Below, piece after piece: positions 60,740 through 64,000 of a stretch of 64,000 nt of DNA (its first letter is position 1; the number at the start of each line of letters is the position of its first letter). The stretch lies in IMG/VR virus record IMGVR_UViG_3300012929_000001; one strand, 5' to 3'. The DNA is from a virus. Position numbers and translations under genes: made by a program. The notes beneath the pieces were generated by a model that was given only the letters and a program-made list of their open reading frames with translations, did not search any database and had not been told where the DNA came from.

Positions 60740-62821
60740 ATGCTCTCGCTTCCCGCAGTCCGTAAGCTAATGCACCTAAAAATCGCGGAAAGCACCCTTA
60801 CCCCCCGTGACGCCGACCGCCTCGGATTCTTACCCTCTATTACACCCCCACCCGGTATTTCCGTCCCCGCTGCTGGGTTTTCCATTCCCTACTTCGACCT
60901 TAAGGGTCGCCCCATTGATTTCTTCCGCTTCCGGACGTTATCCTTAAACGGCTTCGCGGCCATCGTCGATCCGAAGAAGCAGATTCGATACACTCAGCCC
61001 GCTGGGAAAAGTCCGCGCGTCTACTTCTCCCCTTTTCTGGATTGGCCCGCTGCGCTAGGAGCGCCCGGTGCCGAGCGAGCAGTAATTCTTACGGAAGGGG
61101 AGAATAAAGCCAACGCTGCGTGCAAAGCCGGATATTGCTGCCTGGGGCTGGGAGGCGTGTGGAACTTTAAGGCTGCTACGGACTCGCTCTGTACCGACTT
61201 GGATCAAATCGACTGGAAGGGTGCAACTGCGTATATTGCCTACGACAGCGACGCCCGCTCTAACGTTAACATTATACGCGCCGAAAATGCCCTGGCTCGC
61301 GAGCTCTTAGAGCGCGGAGCTTACATCGTTATTGTACGTATCCCCTGCCTCGTGCCGGGTAAGAAGACCGGCATTGACGACTATCTATTAGCAAAAGGTC
61401 CGGAGGAGTTCGCCGACCTGTTGGCCACCGCCGCTAAAGAACCTTTCGATCGCTCCCGCGCCCTACACGAGCTGAACGAGCGTTACGTTTTTATTCGCCA
61501 TCCACAAATGGTGCTCGAGTACGAAACCCTAAAGCGCACTACATCCAATTCCTTTATCCACGCTCTCGGCGCCAACATACTACTGGAAGAGACTGTAATT
61601 GATACTAAAGGCAACGCCAAGGTAGTTAAGAAGCCCGCCGCTAAGCCCTGGATCGACTGGCCCCAGCGCGGGGAAGTGCAAGAGACTACCTATAAGCCTG
61701 GCCATCCTACGGTTACTGGTAACCGACAATTAAATCTGTGGCCTGGGTGGGGTATCGCAGATACAGACATACACAAAGGCGACCTACACCTGTGGACACG
61801 GCTGCTGGACTATATCTTTACTGGCACGCTACCTGCCCATCGACGCTGGTTCGAGCAATGGCTGGCCTACCCAATACAGAACCCCGGGGCTAAGATGTTT
61901 ACGGCGGTAGTGGTGTGGGGGGTAACGCAGGGAACGGGCAAAACGCTGATAGGCCACACACTAGGTCGGCTGTACGGGCGCAACTTCTCCGAGATAGAAT
62001 CCGCAGACCTAACCGGCAGCTTTAACGAATGGGCCGAGAACAAGCAATTCGTAATGGGCGACGAGATAACGGGCGACGAAAAGCGTACCACTGCCGACCG
62101 CATGAAGTCGGTAATTACCCGTAACGTTATCCGCATCAACGCCAAGTTCATTCCCACCTACACCGTCCCCGACTGCATTAACTATTATTTTACCAGTAAC
62201 CATCCCGACAGCTTCTTCATCGACGACAACGATCGACGCTATTTTATTCACGAAGTCGCTGCCGACACGCCCCTACCCGATGAGTTCTACCGCGAATATG
62301 ACGCGTGGTACAAGTCCTCCGCCGTTGGCGCTCTGCTGTACCATCTTAGAAATGTAAGTCTGGAAGGCTTTAACCCCGCCGCCCACGCGCCCACTACGTT
62401 AGCTAAAATGAATATGGTCGCCGCCGGACGCTCGGACCTAGCCAGCTGGGTCGCTATGCTAAAAGAAGAGCCCGACGCCGTGCTACGCACATCTCCCTCC
62501 GCCGCGCCCATTAAGCATCGCTGGTTTACCACCGGGGAGTTGTACCAGCTGTATACCGGAGAGACAGCCAACCATTCCGAACATCGCTCTCGATTGACAA
62601 AGAACGGTCTAATGCGCGAACTGCTTCGACAGAAATTCCCCCAGGTTAACTTCGGTCAACCCGTTAAAACCTTTAACGGCGCACAGCGGCTGTGGGCCGT
62701 GCGCAAGCCGCGCGAGATTATCGGGTACAGTCTAGTCCAGGTAGCTAAAGGTTACGCCGAGGACCGCGCGGCGGACGCTAAGGCGTTGGCCGAGGTAAAA
62801 CGCAAGATGGGGGTGAAATGA
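60740..62821 (+). CDS. Primase-helicase: Toprim (DUF3854-like) N-terminal domain plus SF3 / D5-P4-type helicase
   Basis: Toprim VILTEGENKA...AYDSDARSN. Walker A GVTQGTGKT, Walker B FVMGDEITG. Confidence 0.85.
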   Translation: MLSLPAVRKLMHLKIAESTLTPRDADRLGFLPSITPPPGISVPAAGFSIPYFDLKGRPIDFFRFRTLSLNGFAAIVDPKKQIRYTQPAGKSPRVYFSPFLDWPAALGAPGAERAVILTEGENKANAACKAGYCCLGLGGVWNFKAATDSLCTDLDQIDWKGATAYIAYDSDARSNVNIIRAENALARELLERGAYIVIVRIPCLVPGKKTGIDDYLLAKGPEEFADLLATAAKEPFDRSRALHELNERYVFIRHPQMVLEYETLKRTTSNSFIHALGANILLEETVIDTKGNAKVVKKPAAKPWIDWPQRGEVQETTYKPGHPTVTGNRQLNLWPGWGIADTDIHKGDLHLWTRLLDYIFTGTLPAHRRWFEQWLAYPIQNPGAKMFTAVVVWGVTQGTGKTLIGHTLGRLYGRNFSEIESADLTGSFNEWAENKQFVMGDEITGDEKRTTADRMKSVITRNVIRINAKFIPTYTVPDCINYYFTSNHPDSFFIDDNDRRYFIHEVAADTPLPDEFYREYDAWYKSSAVGALLYHLRNVSLEGFNPAAHAPTTLAKMNMVAAGRSDLASWVAMLKEEPDAVLRTSPSAAPIKHRWFTTGELYQLYTGETANHSEHRSRLTKNGLMRELLRQKFPQVNFGQPVKTFNGAQRLWAVRKPREIIGYSLVQVAKGYAEDRAADAKALAEVKRKMGVK

Positions 62822-63033
62822 CTAAAGATATTAGTAACGATGAGATTCCCGTTTTAGAAATGCAGCAGCTCGTCGACGCGGGCCTGAACGCCTTCGGGCT
62901 TCAGCTTTTTATTGAGAGTATTGCGGACAAGAAGGACTCCGACGCGTTTAGACCTTTTTCGTTCTTGTTTCGGGGCATAAAGATAACAATGGAGCCCGTG
63001 CCGGGCGTGGCGATCGATACGAGTCATCACTAA
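62818..63033 (+). CDS. Small hypothetical protein
   Basis: ATGA coupling to the primase-helicase gene. Confidence 0.45.
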   Translation: MTKDISNDEIPVLEMQQLVDAGLNAFGLQLFIESIADKKDSDAFRPFSFLFRGIKITMEPVPGVAIDTSHH

Positions 63034-63035
63034 AT

Positions 63036-63374
63036 ATGGTTGGCATTCCCAAAAAGCAACCCCCACCGCCGACGCTTTATACACTCTTCCGGCTTCCGCC
63101 CGGGGCGGACGCGGAGCGGATTCACGGTGTCTATATCGCAATCGCTAGCGATATGCACAACATGGGCAACTTTGCGCCGGAGTTTACAGAGGTCACGCTG
63201 GCGTGGGGTGTGCTAAAAGACCCCGCCCGACGCCGACAGTACGACGCGCAACTGGAGGCCGACGGGTACAACTGTAGGCGCTGTCTGGGCAAGGGTGAAC
63301 TGTGGCAGCTTAAGGCGCGGGGGTACGTAGACTGCAAGGAGTGTGGGGGGACGGGGCGGAGGACCGAAAAATAA
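63036..63374 (+). CDS. DnaJ-like protein: degenerate J-domain (no HPD) plus two CxxCxGxG zinc-finger repeats
   Basis: LYTLFRLPPGADAERIHGVYIAIASDMH...AWGVLKDPARRRQYD follows the J-domain layout, but DMHNMG replaces HPD. CRRCLGKG and CKECGGTG match DnaJ zinc repeats. Confidence 0.6.
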   Translation: MVGIPKKQPPPPTLYTLFRLPPGADAERIHGVYIAIASDMHNMGNFAPEFTEVTLAWGVLKDPARRRQYDAQLEADGYNCRRCLGKGELWQLKARGYVDCKECGGTGRRTEK

Positions 63375-63437
63375 AGCTAGCTTTTTCGTAAGCGATAGGT
63401 TACGCTTAACTGTTCGGTTAAGTTGGAGATTTTAGCG

Positions 63438-63737
63438 ATGCGCAAAGAAGACGTGTTCTGGTTCCTGATCTTCGCGGGCCTGGTCTTAAGCGGCATGGGC
63501 CTAGGGTACTACGCTGGGTCGCAGCGCTCAGTGGTCGCTGCCGCTGCTCCGGCAGCGCCCGTTTGCACGCAGATTAACGTACAACGCGCCGCCCCGGTAC
63601 CCCCGCCCGGTAAGCCCGGCGCACGTCGACCGTTGCCACTTTGCCAGACCGACCCCCGCACCGGAGCCGTAAACCTGCCCTGCCGCCTGGCGGACGGGCG
63701 CATACTGCTGCCAACAGAAATCAAGGGAGGAAAGTAA
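63438..63737 (+). CDS. Membrane-anchored Pro/Ala-rich protein
   Basis: GGAG RBS. TM helix VFWFLIFAGLVLSGMGLGYYA. Confidence 0.5.
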   Translation: MRKEDVFWFLIFAGLVLSGMGLGYYAGSQRSVVAAAAPAAPVCTQINVQRAAPVPPPGKPGARRPLPLCQTDPRTGAVNLPCRLADGRILLPTEIKGGK

Positions 63738-63739
63738 AA

Positions 63740-64000
63740 ATGAAAATATTGGCTGTAATGACACTTCTCGCGGTTGTGGCACTTTCGGAATCTTTAAATG
63801 AAGGTAAGGTCAATGTGCAAACATTCGCGGAAGGTGGGCAATTCGCGGTAGCAGTGCGTGTCCACGACGTTCCCAACGCCAACCATGCCATCGTGACCTA
63901 TCAATATTGGGAGGAGACGTCCGGTTACGGCAGACTTTTGCGGACTCGTCAAGAAACGATTGAAGTTGTGCCTGACGCGTTCGTAATGGGTAACGGTATC
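63740..64000 (+). CDS. Secreted small protein, 3' end cut by the window edge
   Basis: GGGAGGAAAGTAAAAATG. Signal-like MKILAVMTLLAVVALSES. The frame is open to base 64000. Confidence 0.5.
   Translation, partial: MKILAVMTLLAVVALSESLNEGKVNVQTFAEGGQFAVAVRVHDVPNANHAIVTYQYWEETSGYGRLLRTRQETIEVVPDAFVMGNGI

Overview
The window reads as a nearly complete genome, or a large contiguous part, of a GC-rich tailed dsDNA phage or prophage with a contractile tail. There are three blocks. (1) Bases 1-14389, plus strand, hold replication, recombination and nucleotide-metabolism genes: a family A DNA polymerase truncated at the left edge, a Cas4-like nuclease, a Nudix hydrolase, VRR-NUC, an SNF2 helicase, an AAA+ ATPase, and a ThyA-family enzyme sitting next to a GT-A-like transferase and an aGPT-Pplase-like protein. 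(2) Bases 14386-59702, minus strand, form one long, tightly coupled late operon. Read from high to low coordinates it encodes TerS, TerL, portal, a MuF-like protein, four inserted genes for secreted-looking proteins, a DUF2213-like scaffold, the major capsid protein, connector proteins, sheath, tube, a chaperone with a -1 frameshift site, a tape measure with an SLT domain, baseplate proteins, three fibre proteins, a holin plus M15 endolysin cassette, and finally a separately terminated papain-like protease. (3) Bases 59703-60322 are an AT-rich control region containing clustered GTTACG repeats arranged as a ~123-bp palindrome. It is followed by plus-strand early genes at 60323-64000: an RHH-like protein, a Toprim/SF3 primase-helicase and a DnaJ-like zinc-finger protein. 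I recognised no rRNA, tRNA, CRISPR array, integrase or transposase. The most interesting candidates are a possible DNA base-hypermodification module at 9.5-12.9 kb that lacks the usual P-loop DNA kinase, the repeat palindrome that may be an origin or operator, and the unusual number of late-operon proteins with Sec-type signal peptides, including a beta-helix plus CE4-like esterase cluster inserted in the head module. All family assignments come from motif recognition by eye. No database search or computation was run.
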